Shown here: piece by piece, positions 11,521 through 22,657 of the stretch | Position numbering within the stretch: the stretch's first letter is position 1 | Layout of the letters: every line of letters starts with the position of its first letter | Assembly (NCBI GenBank): GCA_050084515.1 | Contig: CM114271.1 | Location: 10,168,001-10,232,000 of the forward strand | Source of the DNA: Blasia pusilla | Lineage: Eukaryota | Direction: 5' to 3' | DNA length: 64,000 nucleotides | Position numbers and translations under genes: made by a program | The notes under the pieces: generated by a model | What the model was told of the DNA's origin: nothing | Seen by the model: only the letters and a program-made list of their open reading frames with translations | Database searches by the model: none

Positions 11521-14500
11521 TGAGTGAACTAAGTGCCGCGCCTAAGTCGAATACGAAAACGACCCAAGAGAAGTAGAAAAGTTATGATTTTTTCAAAGAG
11601 AAGTTAGATATTCACTATCCCTAATATTCAAGCATAAATCTATCCTTACTATTTTTGTCATCTATATTATTATGGGAGAGTGCCTTCTTGATTTGTAAAC
11701 ATCTCTATGTTTGAGACGTGGCAATTGGGTAGCAAGAAAATGTTTCATGTGCTACGGGCAGCGAGAAAAAAATTTGAATTTTTATGCAGCATCATTAATC
11801 CCTTTCACAAGCTATACACTAACAAAAGCTTTCAAACTTTTTTTTTGTTTCCCGTGCATTCAAATACTAGTATTTTTTAATGTTTAACTCTATAAATTGA
11901 ACAAGCTCCCAATGGCTTCATATTACTATTCTCTATAATAGGTTCTAGAAGTTAGATATGTACCACTATTGGATGTGATACATATGACAAGGAGCAAAAT
12001 TTTTTATAGATGCAATGTTGTATACAAAGAAATTTATCATGATTTTTGCACCACTTTGTAGAGTACAATCTTTCCCTTTAGACCATATGTATTGCAAAAT
12101 ATTCTTTTTTTCCACAATATTTTGAAGAAAAATTAAGTTTTATTGGAATGTATGATGTAAGAAAATTCTAGTAAGTGCATTGCACGGATATTCTTACTAC
12201 TATTTTCATGCCAAAAGACCGTTTGAAAGAAATTGCATTCAAAACTTAGAGTGTTGCATACTTATTGGATGATGCATATCATATGGGTTGCAAGGGCATA
12301 AAAAACCATGATATTAGGGTTTAGTTCTAATTTCTTTTTGTCCTTTATTGTTCTTCCTTTTCTCCACTAAGAATAGAGCAAGTCCTAAAGGTGGAGCTCC
12401 TACTTGAGTTGAAATTGAAACATTACTAAAAAGATTGCTCTAACCTATGAACTATATAGATCACCAATAATAGTCTAAGAGTCTTGATACACATGATACA
12501 TTAGAAATGTTATGTCTACTCTTTTCACCAAATAATACCCCTTTATCTATAAAGCTACTTTTGTAGGATGGTATGGCAAATGATATGTGATAGGGTGGGA
12601 TGAGTGGTGGAAAAAAAATGAGCAAACAATTACCATTTTACTCTTAGAGTACTTGTGCAATGCAAATTGTATATGATACATGGAGGATACAAAAGTACAT
12701 CATGTAAGCAAAATTAACTTTTATTTTCTAATTTTTGGAGATACATGTCTTGAGGGGAGGGCATGTTTGACATTGCGTGTCAACCATAAAGGTATCACCA
12801 TTGGGAGGCAATCCTCCCATAGTAGTATAGATTATATCATGAAGTGTCTTAATGATCTTTAAGGAAAAAATGATTGTAAATTTAGCGTTTTGAATAGAGA
12901 TTAAAGTTAATTTTGTGGTTGATTCCATTGCTCTTCAAAATATGCATGTGTGCATGCCACCCTTATTGGGTGTCCATTTTATCATTAGTGCTTACGTATG
13001 GGGTTATGGACAAGAGGTTTGATGTTTTCCTTACTAAATGTGCCCATTTTCTTATCTCCAGAAATGGGTTGTCTTTAACTACTGCAATCTTATATTATAG
13101 ACATGTTTTTGTCACTTCGTATTGCCCCCAACTTGTTAATCTTAGGTTACAATAGAGATGCCACCATTAGAAGCCCTCTTGACGGTCATTTTTCTTAAGT
13201 TGTCACCAATGTTATTGTTGAAGATAGATTTTATGGGGCTCCCCTATACCTAAGAGACACTAAGGTGTGGTTGTAACCTGAGTCTATTAGTGCCCCTCCT
13301 TACTTTGCCGATGGATTCCCCATTTTCTTTTTTTCATGTTGGATCTTTTTACTCATTCACTCCCAAAGTTTCTCCAAAAAGACCGTCTTCCTCTTCATTA
13401 GAGGGATGAACCAACATGATAAAACGAAACCATACCACGTCTAGGAGTGAACTCCTTCCTCAACAGCTCAAAGCTGATAACTTACAAAAGGTGGAGGGCT
13501 CCCATTAAGAGGGGGGCTGTATGTGGTCCGTTAACATACATCAAACCTACCTATGGGTGTGTAAGAAACTACAAATGCATCTACCGGCGCCTAGAACCGG
13601 TATTCTTTGTAATGCCAGGCGGTAGAATTTAAGAAATTCCGATAAAACAAGCAAAAGTTTGGAAAACCCCCGACTTGGGAAATGCAGTTTCTTTGTAAAA
13701 AAGTGAGAAAGAGGGGCAAATATTTGGGAATTCCCGATCAGACCCTATTGAGTATCGAAAAAAACCGCTAAGCTCGGAAAATCTCTGCGCCCCCTAAAAG
13801 GCATGGACCTCGAACCTATTAAAGCTCATAAGTGCAAGGATAGAATTAGTACCAGCAGCCGCCTGCCCCACCCCACGAGACAAACACAGGTGCTTCTGGA
13901 ATTCGTACAGCAATTATGTCTTACATCCCTCTTAGACTTAATCGAAAGAGCCAGAGTAAATTCCAGCATGCCTGCGGCAATACCCAATGGATTTTCACCA
14001 TGACTCCCACCTGTCTGAATACATAAAATCTGGCCATAGTCCAATTTGTATCTCCTGGTTCACAACTTGCATTCAAAGTTTCTCCATCGGTCTCTTCATA
14101 AGCAGATGACCCCTTCTCCAATTCTTGATGCTTATGACATGCGGAGGCAAGAAGCAGTTATAACAGACAGATACTGTATACCCACTCTGCCAAAGTTCAC
14201 ATCTCTTGCTCTCGCAAATCAGTTCGCTGGCAATGCATCAGACTTGCGTGCTCAACAGGTCTCAACTCTGCTTCTGTTTTGTACAAGGACAAACCGTGAA
14301 AACTTCCCTTGACTCGCATACTCCATGGCACATTGCACACCAAGGCAGGCGATGTGGATTTCTCTGCTTCGTTTCTTTTTACTCAAACGTTTCCTTTATA
14401 ATCTGCAGCTTGATCGAAGGCCCCAGCATTTACACATCGGTTGGGACGTGAAAGTCCGAACTGCTATCTAAGGAGGTCAAATAAATCTTTTGTTGAGGGC

Positions 14501-14556
14501 CAAATCTACACATGTATACAGCTGCCGTGTGATGATGGTCGAGAAAAGATGTAAAC

Positions 14557-16197
14557 CTAGCTGAGCAGAGGCCTGTTGGCAGTTTGAGGCACGGGCTCGT
14601 TTGGTTCAGAGATCTGTCGGTCCTGACTGGTCTGTTCTTCTCCCTTCCAAATGGATCGGTCACTGCCGAAATCAATGAAAAAAGACTCCTCATCCGCTTT
14701 CCAACCGAGGGCTTGGGTTGGCCTACGGACGAGTCTTTCTGTCATCTCCAGCTCTTGTTGCAGATCTGGTGGCAGCTCCCCTGGAGGTTTGACACTTTCA
14801 ACCATCCTCAACACGACACCCATTTGAGGTCTGCAGTCTGGATCTCGTTGTAAGCACATTAGCGCAACAGTGATGAGCTGTTTGGCTTGCCCGGCATCGA
14901 AATCCGCCAATCGTGGATCGACAACGTCCTGCTCAGCATTGGCAAGTACTTTTCTGATTGCCCAGGCAGGCAGAAAACTTCTGTCATCTGGCAGTGAATG
15001 ATCTAAATGCCTTCGCCCGCTTACCAGCTCCAGGAGCACGATTCCGTAACTATACACATCCATTCTTGAGGTGGCTGCACCCGCATAAACTTCCGGGGCC
15101 ATGTATCCGAAAGTACCTCCAGAAGCTACGGTGTGGGTTCTAGTATGACCAAGGAGCTTAGCCATGCCAAAATCTGCCACCTTAGGTGCGAAGCTCTCAT
15201 CAAGCAAGATGTTCTCTGGCTTGATGTCAAGATGGATGATGGTTTGCCCGATTTGAAGTTCCTCATGGAGATAAGCTAAGCCCTTAGCAGTCCCCTTGGC
15301 AATCTCTGCTCTAGTCTTCCATGGAAGTAATTTCTCCTTGGTAAAAATCCACTTGTCCAAGGATCCATTTGCCACAAACTCATACACAATGAACGCTTGG
15401 CTCCTCTTGAAGCAACACCCTCTCAGTGCCACCAAATTGTTGTGATTAATGCTTCCAAGGGTCTTGACTTCTGCTTCGAAGTCCCTCAAGCCTCTCTGAC
15501 TGTCAAGCAGTTTCTTCACGGCCACTTCACTTCCATCTATGAGTGTGCCCTTGTAAACCACACCATATGATCCACGTCCTAGCTCCTTCCCAAATCCGTT
15601 AGTAGCATCGTTCAACTCTTCGAAGGAATACCTCATGCCCACAATTTTCGATGATACCATCTCATCTGTAGGGGGTCCAGACCCAACTTCCAAATCTTCT
15701 AATTCCTTTGCGCCCTCCTTGTTCTTGGAGAGTTTCCAAGACCTTAAAGACCACAGAACCGCGGCTATGAAGACGGCAACCACAGCTACAGAAATTCCAA
15801 TCACTCCACCAATACCCATACCTGTGTCATCTCGACGACGATCCGAACAAGGCCCGCTTAGGCATCCTACACCACAATATTCAACGCTTGATCCACAGAA
15901 TCCATACTCACTGCAGCATAAATCATTCCTGCAAGGATTACCTAGGTTGCATGATCCGGGATGCGTAGAAGCCACCGACGTATTACATGTGCTCTGACAA
16001 CCTGCCCCGCAAAAGGTTTCTGTGACTCCACAAAACCCATCCCTACTGCAGCAGCGTCCGGTGATACAAAGAGAGTTGTTCGCTTGACGACCACAATCTG
16101 CGGCACTGCTGAGTTGAAGATTTAGAGCTGTGAATGCGATCCAAATAAGCAACAGCACGGCGGGAGGAGCTTTCCTTCTGCAGTTATGTCCATGCAT
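14557..16197 (-). CDS. Receptor-like Ser/Thr kinase with two extracellular hevein-type (CBM18, Chitin_bind_1) domains; non-RD kinase; 546 aa, no introns
   Basis: First ATG is at 16197 (the ORF track starts at a GTG). Hydrophobic signal peptide. Two 8-Cys domains: CGRQANNSLC..CCSRDGFCGVTETFCGAGCQSTC and CNLGNPC..CCSEYGFCGSSVEYCGVGCLSGPC. TM helix GGVIGISVAVVAVFIAAVLW. Kinase motifs GRGSYG, VAVK, HLDIKPENILL, DFG, GTFGYMAPE all intact. Confidence 0.93.
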   Translation of the reverse strand: MHGHNCRRKAPPAVLLLIWIAFTALNLQLSSAADCGRQANNSLCITGRCCSRDGFCGVTETFCGAGCQSTCNTSVASTHPGSCNLGNPCRNDLCCSEYGFCGSSVEYCGVGCLSGPCSDRRRDDTGMGIGGVIGISVAVVAVFIAAVLWSLRSWKLSKNKEGAKELEDLEVGSGPPTDEMVSSKIVGMRYSFEELNDATNGFGKELGRGSYGVVYKGTLIDGSEVAVKKLLDSQRGLRDFEAEVKTLGSINHNNLVALRGCCFKRSQAFIVYEFVANGSLDKWIFTKEKLLPWKTRAEIAKGTAKGLAYLHEELQIGQTIIHLDIKPENILLDESFAPKVADFGMAKLLGHTRTHTVASGGTFGYMAPEVYAGAATSRMDVYSYGIVLLELVSGRRHLDHSLPDDRSFLPAWAIRKVLANAEQDVVDPRLADFDAGQAKQLITVALMCLQRDPDCRPQMGVVLRMVESVKPPGELPPDLQQELEMTERLVRRPTQALGWKADEESFFIDFGSDRSIWKGEEQTSQDRQISEPNEPVPQTANRPLLS

Positions 16198-16705
16198 TGT
16201 GGCAAAGAGAACGTGCTTCTGCACGCTGTGAAGAGCAACCAGAATAGGACTTCTGAGCTGCTAACAGTGCTACAAAGCTAATAAGAACGATCTCAGAGAA
16301 AGTGAGGCCCGCTGGATCGGAAAGAAAACATGAAGCTGCAGATTGCGATTGACAGCTTACGTAGACGGAGAGTGTAGTGAGTGCGAGAAGAGAACACGCA
16401 CACATGAGGTTTACTGATTTTGCCGCTCACCAGCGATTCGGACAGAACGCTAAGAGGTAATACATTCAGGAGCACATACGATACAGAAGAGACCTCAGAC
16501 ATGGAATCTTGCCAAGCACAAGGGCAAGGGACAAACAAACCAGAGAGAGAGCAAAGCCGACGAAAGTTCCCGCGATCTGGGATCTGCGGATACTCGACCA
16601 ATGCACCCTCAAATTCTATCTCGAAAGCTACGAAGTATCAGTACACGGCTCAACTGCCTCCGGGGAAGACCAACGCGAGGAGGTAGATGGTGCAGGTGCA
16701 CCGGC

Positions 16706-17222
16706 AGAGGCGTTCAATTAGTTCAACCGAGTGAACTAAGTGGCCGCCGCAAGCGCATTGGACATTCTTACGAGCTTTTAGAGTCCAGAAGCTCGCTGGC
16801 GCTGGACCACTTTCCATCCCTTTTACGAGTCTCTTTGCTTTTCTTCCGCATGTTGTTGTCATCCAGATTCCTCCGAATCCTCGTTTTGACGATCTCTCAG
16901 GCGACGAGACTAGTTTTGACGAGACTAGCAAGACTCCAATGTCACTCCCTATCGCGCCGAGTCCGTAAGTACGTCGCACCCAAGTAAGGGCAAGTCCTCG
17001 ATGGGCACGGATATCTTTTCCTCTTCGGACCGAGTCCGGCCCTGTCCCGGTCAACGACCCTTCCTTTTAGGGAGCGACCCCTGCCGCAGGGGTCGCTCCA
17101 TAAAAGGAAGTGTCGTTGTATACGCAGGGCCCTGCGTTCACTTGTCAAACGTAGGACGACACTTGTCCGATGCGCTTGCGGCGGCCACTTAGTTCACTCG
17201 GTTGAACTAATTGAACGCCTCT
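16706..17222. mobile_element. MITE-like element with 59-bp terminal inverted repeats
   Basis: AGAGGCGTTCAATTAGTTCAACCGAGTGAACTAAGTGGCCGCCGCAAGCGCATTGGACA (16706-16764) is inverted at 17164-17222 with one mismatch. An extra partial TIR copy sits at 17223-17245. No TSD seen. Confidence 0.8.
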
Positions 17223-18459
17223 TCGGTTGAACTAATTGAACGCCTATTCCCACGTAGAATCTTCTAGCCCACAAGAATCCAAGCATTTGAGCTCAGCCTC
17301 CATTGACCTCTTCTTAGTCCCTTATTCTTCATTTCTTGGCCCTAACAATCAGATCCACCCCTTGGTTCAAACCCTCCTCTACAACAGCAATCAAGCACTC
17401 TATCTCCTTCATTGAATACCCTGGAGACTCCCTAGTGCCTACACCATCTCCCTTGTCTCCTCTAGGCTTGAGGTCAATGGAGTGACTTGGCTGCATTATC
17501 ACCTTGTACAATCTTCTTGACTTCTTTTTGGACAGCCTGCTACTGGGCCTTTCTCTTGCACCACCTCCACAAGTCCAAAAAACATATTCCAGAAAACTTT
17601 TACAAACACCATTATGGGTTCAAAAAATCTCGTCCTTTATTACCTCTGAAGGAACCTCGGAAATGTACATTGAACCTAGTCTATGATTTCTTCAGCCTCG
17701 TCATCTACAAATTTACTCCTAACTCTCCTCTGTGATGTACCAAAGGAATGTCTTTGGGATTCAAGTGGCTCCTCCGGCCGGTTGTAGACGGGATCGAAAA
17801 TGTTGGCGGTCGAGAGCCTTGGCCCCCCTAGGTACACCATAACAGTCCCATGTAACCTGTCTCGAGTCCCACCGCCTTCCTCGGCAAAAGATACCTTGTA
17901 CGCTCTGCAATGTGACACCCATCCAAGATCAATATCCGCTCCGTCCCTGTAATACCACTATGGCAACCGCACAAGTAGAAGGAATCCAACACGCCTGAGA
18001 GAAGAAAAGAAGCCTACGCCGCCTTTTACGAGTTGAGGGGAAGGTGCCAAGGGAAGAAGCTCGCCAGATCGCTCGATCCGAAAAGGGTCCGATCGGCAAC
18101 TGCCGGAATCGCGGGTGTTGCCTGGAGGTGGTAAAAATTCAGTGGTCAAAAGCGAAAAGTTGCAAGGAGGAGAAACCGACGGGTTGCAAAGTGGTCATAA
18201 AGTGAAAATTGCAAGTAGGAGAAACCGACGGGTTGCAAAGTAGAAGACCGTGGAGTACATAGACGATCACATTCAAAAGACAAAATGATCACCAAACATT
18301 TACAAGCACCACCATCGATCGAAAAAATCTTCGCTTTATATCATCCAGAAAAAAGCTCTGAATCGTACATTTGATCTATTCTATGAAATCTTTTGCCAAA
18401 TTATCAAAAACTCCCTACCCAAACGCGCTAGTCATTGTTGGTCGTTGAGTTCTTTGAAC

Positions 18460-21400
18460 TCACTCGTCATCGTCGAGAGCTCTTGCAAAATCACTTTCGG
18501 CCTTGCCCTCCCGATTTTGGGAATCGTTGGAAGTGACGATGGAGTCACTACCAAGGGTGGCTCGAACCGAGCTCTCGGCCGTGGAGAGTTGTACGCCCAA
18601 CGAGCCTTTCAGATCTCGCTTTGCCTCCTTGCAAAGGTCAAACAGATTCGCCTTCCTCGAGGCGCAGAATGTTCTGCCACTCGCCAGCGCCTCGATACTC
18701 GCCCTGAAAGGCCCACTAAGTCGAACACCAAGTCACCCGGCCTTGAGCAGAGCTCGATGAGCGTTGCATCGGGTGGCGACTTTTCCCTTCCTCCCGAAGC
18801 GGGTATCTTGTCTTGCATGTAAATTCCTCGGGGGAATTGTACAAACTATCTAAGCCGCACCCATCGAGCATGGATCCACAGGATCCTGGATCTTGAACAC
18901 TGAAATTGTGCTCGGGCCGAACGGCAAAGACATGTAGGAGTGGTCCATCGTCAGAATCAAGACGAAACAATGTCAGAAACTAAAGAAGTCGCCTTGAGAA
19001 TATTTTCAATAACTGACTTTGGATCAACCTGTCGGAGTCCGACGGGTTGTTTTGTCTCGGACCCACCCGTCGGAACCCGACGGGTTGCAGTTGCTTTTGG
19101 GTTTTCCAAGTTGATTTTGGTTTTCGGATGCAACCCGTCGGAAGGCGACGGGTTGCTGGCCTAGACCAGCCCATGCTCGCCTGAGAGCAACCCGTCGCTA
19201 TTAGACGGGTTGCATCCAAAAACCAAAATCAACTGCAACCGTCAGGTTCCGACGGGTTGCAGGTACACCGCGGTTTTCCCTCTGTATGTGGGAAAGATGC
19301 AACCCGTCGGAAACCGACGGGTTGCTCTCAGCCGAGCATGGGCTACTCTAAGCCAGCAACCCGTCGCCTTCCGACGGGTTCAGCAACCCGTCGCCTTCCG
19401 ACGGGTTGCTCACGGACAAAAAAAACCCAGACTGACTCTCATTCTACACATCATTCATTCAATAATTGAAATTATTGTATAGGAATATAGCCTTACCCGA
19501 ATCTGACTCGTTGCGGATCGGAGTGGGTACTCGTTTTTTATGATCCATGATTGTGCCGTCCTCCACTTTAGCGACCTCTTGACGATGGAGGTTGAAGAGC
19601 TCGCCTCGCTCCCTCCGATCCAACACCAAGAAGCGACCCCGTCACTCGGATAGGGCGTGCGCAAAGGAGAACAAAAGTGCACTGGTCATAAGTGAGCGGC
19701 AGATTCCACTCGGTACCTCGTCGCCGGATTTTCGCCCCAAAGTCGCGAACCCCGAGGGCAGATCGGCGATCAATAGATCCACCGCAACCTCTTCCACCAC
19801 TCCATTCACCGCCCGCAGCAGCGTGCGTCGTTTCGTTGGAGCTTCCTTCCCAGCGTTGTCAATTTTTCGATGGCGCTTGTCAACGCTTGAGAATCAAGTC
19901 GTTCACCTAATCCAAGAAAGAGGTGAATCAAGGAGGACGCTTGTCGGGGTCGTTGTTTGTCTGTGTCTTCCCAAGGATGATGTGGGTGTATTCTCCTTGG
20001 GACAACAGGGCACCTCTCGCTTCCGCTTCTCTCTAGTCTAGGGACGGCTTGTCGGGTTTCGATGACCTCTCATTCGTGGCGTTTTCTTCGCCGAGGACTG
20101 GTCCGACCTCTCTTCCGTAGTCAGGCACGATTCCGCCTCTGGCCTCTCATCTTCAGGCTCTTTTGGGAAGTCTCGGCCTCTGAATTTTCCCTCCCCTCGC
20201 CTTGCCTTTGAGACCCGTTGTGGATTTGTCTTTGGCTGTCGGACCTTGAAGCCTACTCACTGTGTCTCGTGGGCCTGCTCTTCGCATCTCCTCCGAAGAA
20301 GTCTTCAGTGGATGAAATTGGGGATGTCGTCTTGTCCCGAGGCCCCTTTGCATCATGAAGCACTCGTAAGTCCTTATCCGCGATGTCTTTGGTCGTTGAA
20401 GTCGAGCCAAATGGGGCAATTCTCCACCTCCCAATCCGACATGTCCGACCCATCTCCACGTTGTACATGGAGAATGTCTCTGCGCATCCGGCGAAGCCCA
20501 CAATTTCAAGGCTACAGCAATTTTCCCCACGCACTGCGTTCTTATAGTGGACGAGGTACTGAATACCATCCGTTGGGCGCTTTTAGTCGAACATTATCGG
20601 CCGTCGCTCTGAGATCTCGCTTCTTCTTCGCTTGATCCCGTTTGTTACCCTCTACTTCTTCGTCAAGCTCGCCGAGGGAGGACGCAAACCTTGAACATGG
20701 TCTTGAATCCGGGGTTCTTGGTTGGCTTGTCCCGGATGTCGCCGAGCCAAACCTCGTAATCTCCGAACTTTCGGGGTTTGCTTCCGGCGGAATGGGCTCT
20801 AATCTTCTGAGCTCCGCTTGCAGACCATCCAGCACGGACTTCCCGATTTACCCGCAACGCGTCCGAGAACAACCATTCGCGTAGCCAATGCAAGATCACT
20901 GGATCGGACACACCTAGGGGATGGTGTGCCGCCCTCTTCTGGGCCTCTCGAGCCCTCGAGATCGATTTTCATCGTCGTATCCTGAACTCGCTAATCCCGG
21001 ATAACGCAAAACGATGCACGCGATCCAGCGACACTTTCTCCCCAATCCGACCATGCGGATCTTCATCCCTCTTCCGCTGACGCTTGATAATCGCCTTGAG
21101 CTCCTTGTAGAACTCCGGACCAAGTTCGGGGTTGAGAATGCTGATGTATCGCTGGCATCTTGCTCCAGATGTATTTCGTTGCAGAATCTGGCCAGCTTGG
21201 ATGAATTTGGCGCTCACGCAGATACCTTCTCCCTCCGCTCCAACTCCGGTCTGGCGCTTTTCTTTCTGTATCTATCGACCAGCAAAGGATGGTTACGGCC
21301 TGCATCTTGAGAAATAAACTTGTTTGCCCAAGTTTTCTTCTTAATTTGAGCACCCTTTGCAAGCATCGATTGATGAGGGCATCGCCAGAACCCCCTGTAC

Positions 21401-21490
21401 TCTCGGGTGCGTCGTAAGCACCTTCCTCACCCGATCGCGATCCTGGATCCATTGGTGGGTAACATTCCCCTCGATACAATCTTGCACATC
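18460..21490 (-). pseudogene. Large multi-exon gene with a C-terminal beta-class N6-adenine/N4-cytosine DNA methyltransferase-like domain (frameshifted in this sequence)
   Basis: Motif IV-like VDLLIADLPSGF (19782-19747), then VPxWN, LFSFAHAL.PSDG, WIIKNEYPL. GT donor at 19496. After the intron: YPLRGGREKSP..ATLIELCSRPGDLVFDL..SGASIEA.LASGRNIL.LEE (~18810-18650, needs frameshift repair). Upstream coding fragments at ~20250-21490 have no recognised domain. Confidence 0.72.
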
Positions 21491-22657
21491 AAACTCAACC
21501 CGTCGAGAAATTACATGGGTTCCGCAACCCGTCGGACTCGACGGTGCGTCCGGCTTCGGGTGGATTCTAGCAACAAGCTAAATGATGCAACCCGTCGGAG
21601 TCCGGCGGGTTGCATTCAGATTTGCTAATGCCAGGTAAGCAACTTCGTCGGACTCCGGCGGGTTGCTACTATCAGATTTTCGAATGTCTTTTAAGATTGA
21701 CACTCGTCGGACTCGGCGACTTGTTTGATGGAACATAGATTTAACTAGTTTTTGGCCCAAAGCAAACCGTCGGAGTCTGACGGGTTGCTCGAAAGGCCGC
21801 CTTGTGAGGTTGTTTTTTTAAGAATGCAACTCGTCGCACTCCGACGAGTTGCTCGAAATATTCTTGCAGGTCTAGAAGGTTTTGCCCCAAAGCAACCCGT
21901 CGAGTCCGACGGGTTGCTACCTCAAAAGTTTTTGGCGAAATCAACCCGTCGGACTCCGACGGGTTGATTAGGGAAAAATAGCTTCAAGGCAAGCAACCCA
22001 TCGGAGTCCAACGGGTTGCTTTGGGGCAAAACCTTCTAAACTCGCACTACTCGAGCAACTTGTCGGAGTCCGACGAAGTTGCATTCTTAAAAACAACTCA
22101 CAAGGCGTTTATCGAGCAACCGGCCGGACTCGACGGTTTGCTTTGGGCCAACAACTTGTTAAATCTATGTTCAATCATACAAGTTGTCGGAGTCCGACGA
22201 AGTTGCAATCTTAAAAACATCCAAAAAGCGGCAGAAATCCAAAGAACCCGCCGGAGTCGACGAGTTGCTTACCTGGCATTAGCAATTGAATGCAACCCGC
22301 CGGACCACGGGTTGCATCATTTAGCTTGTTGCTAGAATCCGACCGAAGCCAGGATTTACCTGCCGCTTGAGTCCGACCGCTGCGTGAACCCATGTAATTT
22401 CCTCGACGGGTTGAGTTTGATGTGCAGATTGTATCGAGGGGAATGTTACCCACCATTGATCCAGGATCGCGATCGGGTGAGGAAGGTGCTTACGACGCAC
22501 CCGGGAGAGTACAGGGGTTCTGGGCGATGCCTCGTCAATCGATGCTTGCAAAGGGTGCTCAAATTAAGAAGAAAACTTGGGCAAACAAGTTTATTTCTCA
22601 AGATGCGGCGTAACCATCCTTTGTCGGGTCGAAGATACAGCCGCGAAGAAAAGCGCC
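21253..22657. repeat. ~1.4-kb inverted duplication (two ~0.7-kb arms) centred on a perfect short palindrome
   Basis: GCATCTTGAGAAATAAACTTGTTTGCCCAAG... (21302) is reverse-complemented at ~22577-22607. Centre AATCAACCCGTCGGACTCCGACGGGTTGATT at 21939-21969. The arms differ mostly by small indels. Confidence 0.9.

Larger units (their letters stand above)
4604..11570 (+). mobile_element. Ty3/gypsy chromovirus LTR retrotransposon, degenerate, 3' LTR missing
   Basis: 5' LTR TGTCGCG..CATGACA (4604-5607). PBS TGGTATCAGAGC (5610-5621). Gag, zinc knuckle CYNCGEPGHMAKGC, protease LVDTGA, RT (YINDIL), RNase H, integrase (FHPQTDGQTE, GPY), chromodomain EFEVETIL..YLVKWKGY..EATW. Right boundary approximate. 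Confidence 0.93.

Noticed and set aside
12640-13440. Possible decayed coding sequence on the minus strand (..MGGLPPNGDTFMVDTQCQTCP..)
   Set aside because: Multiple stops and no family motif I can recognise.
16198-16224. ORF-track start of the kinase at 16224
   Set aside because: It is a GTG codon. The first ATG at 16197 leads into the signal peptide.
17250-17950. Short minus-strand ORFs between the MITE and the MULE
   Set aside because: No recognisable domain; cannot be assigned to either neighbour.
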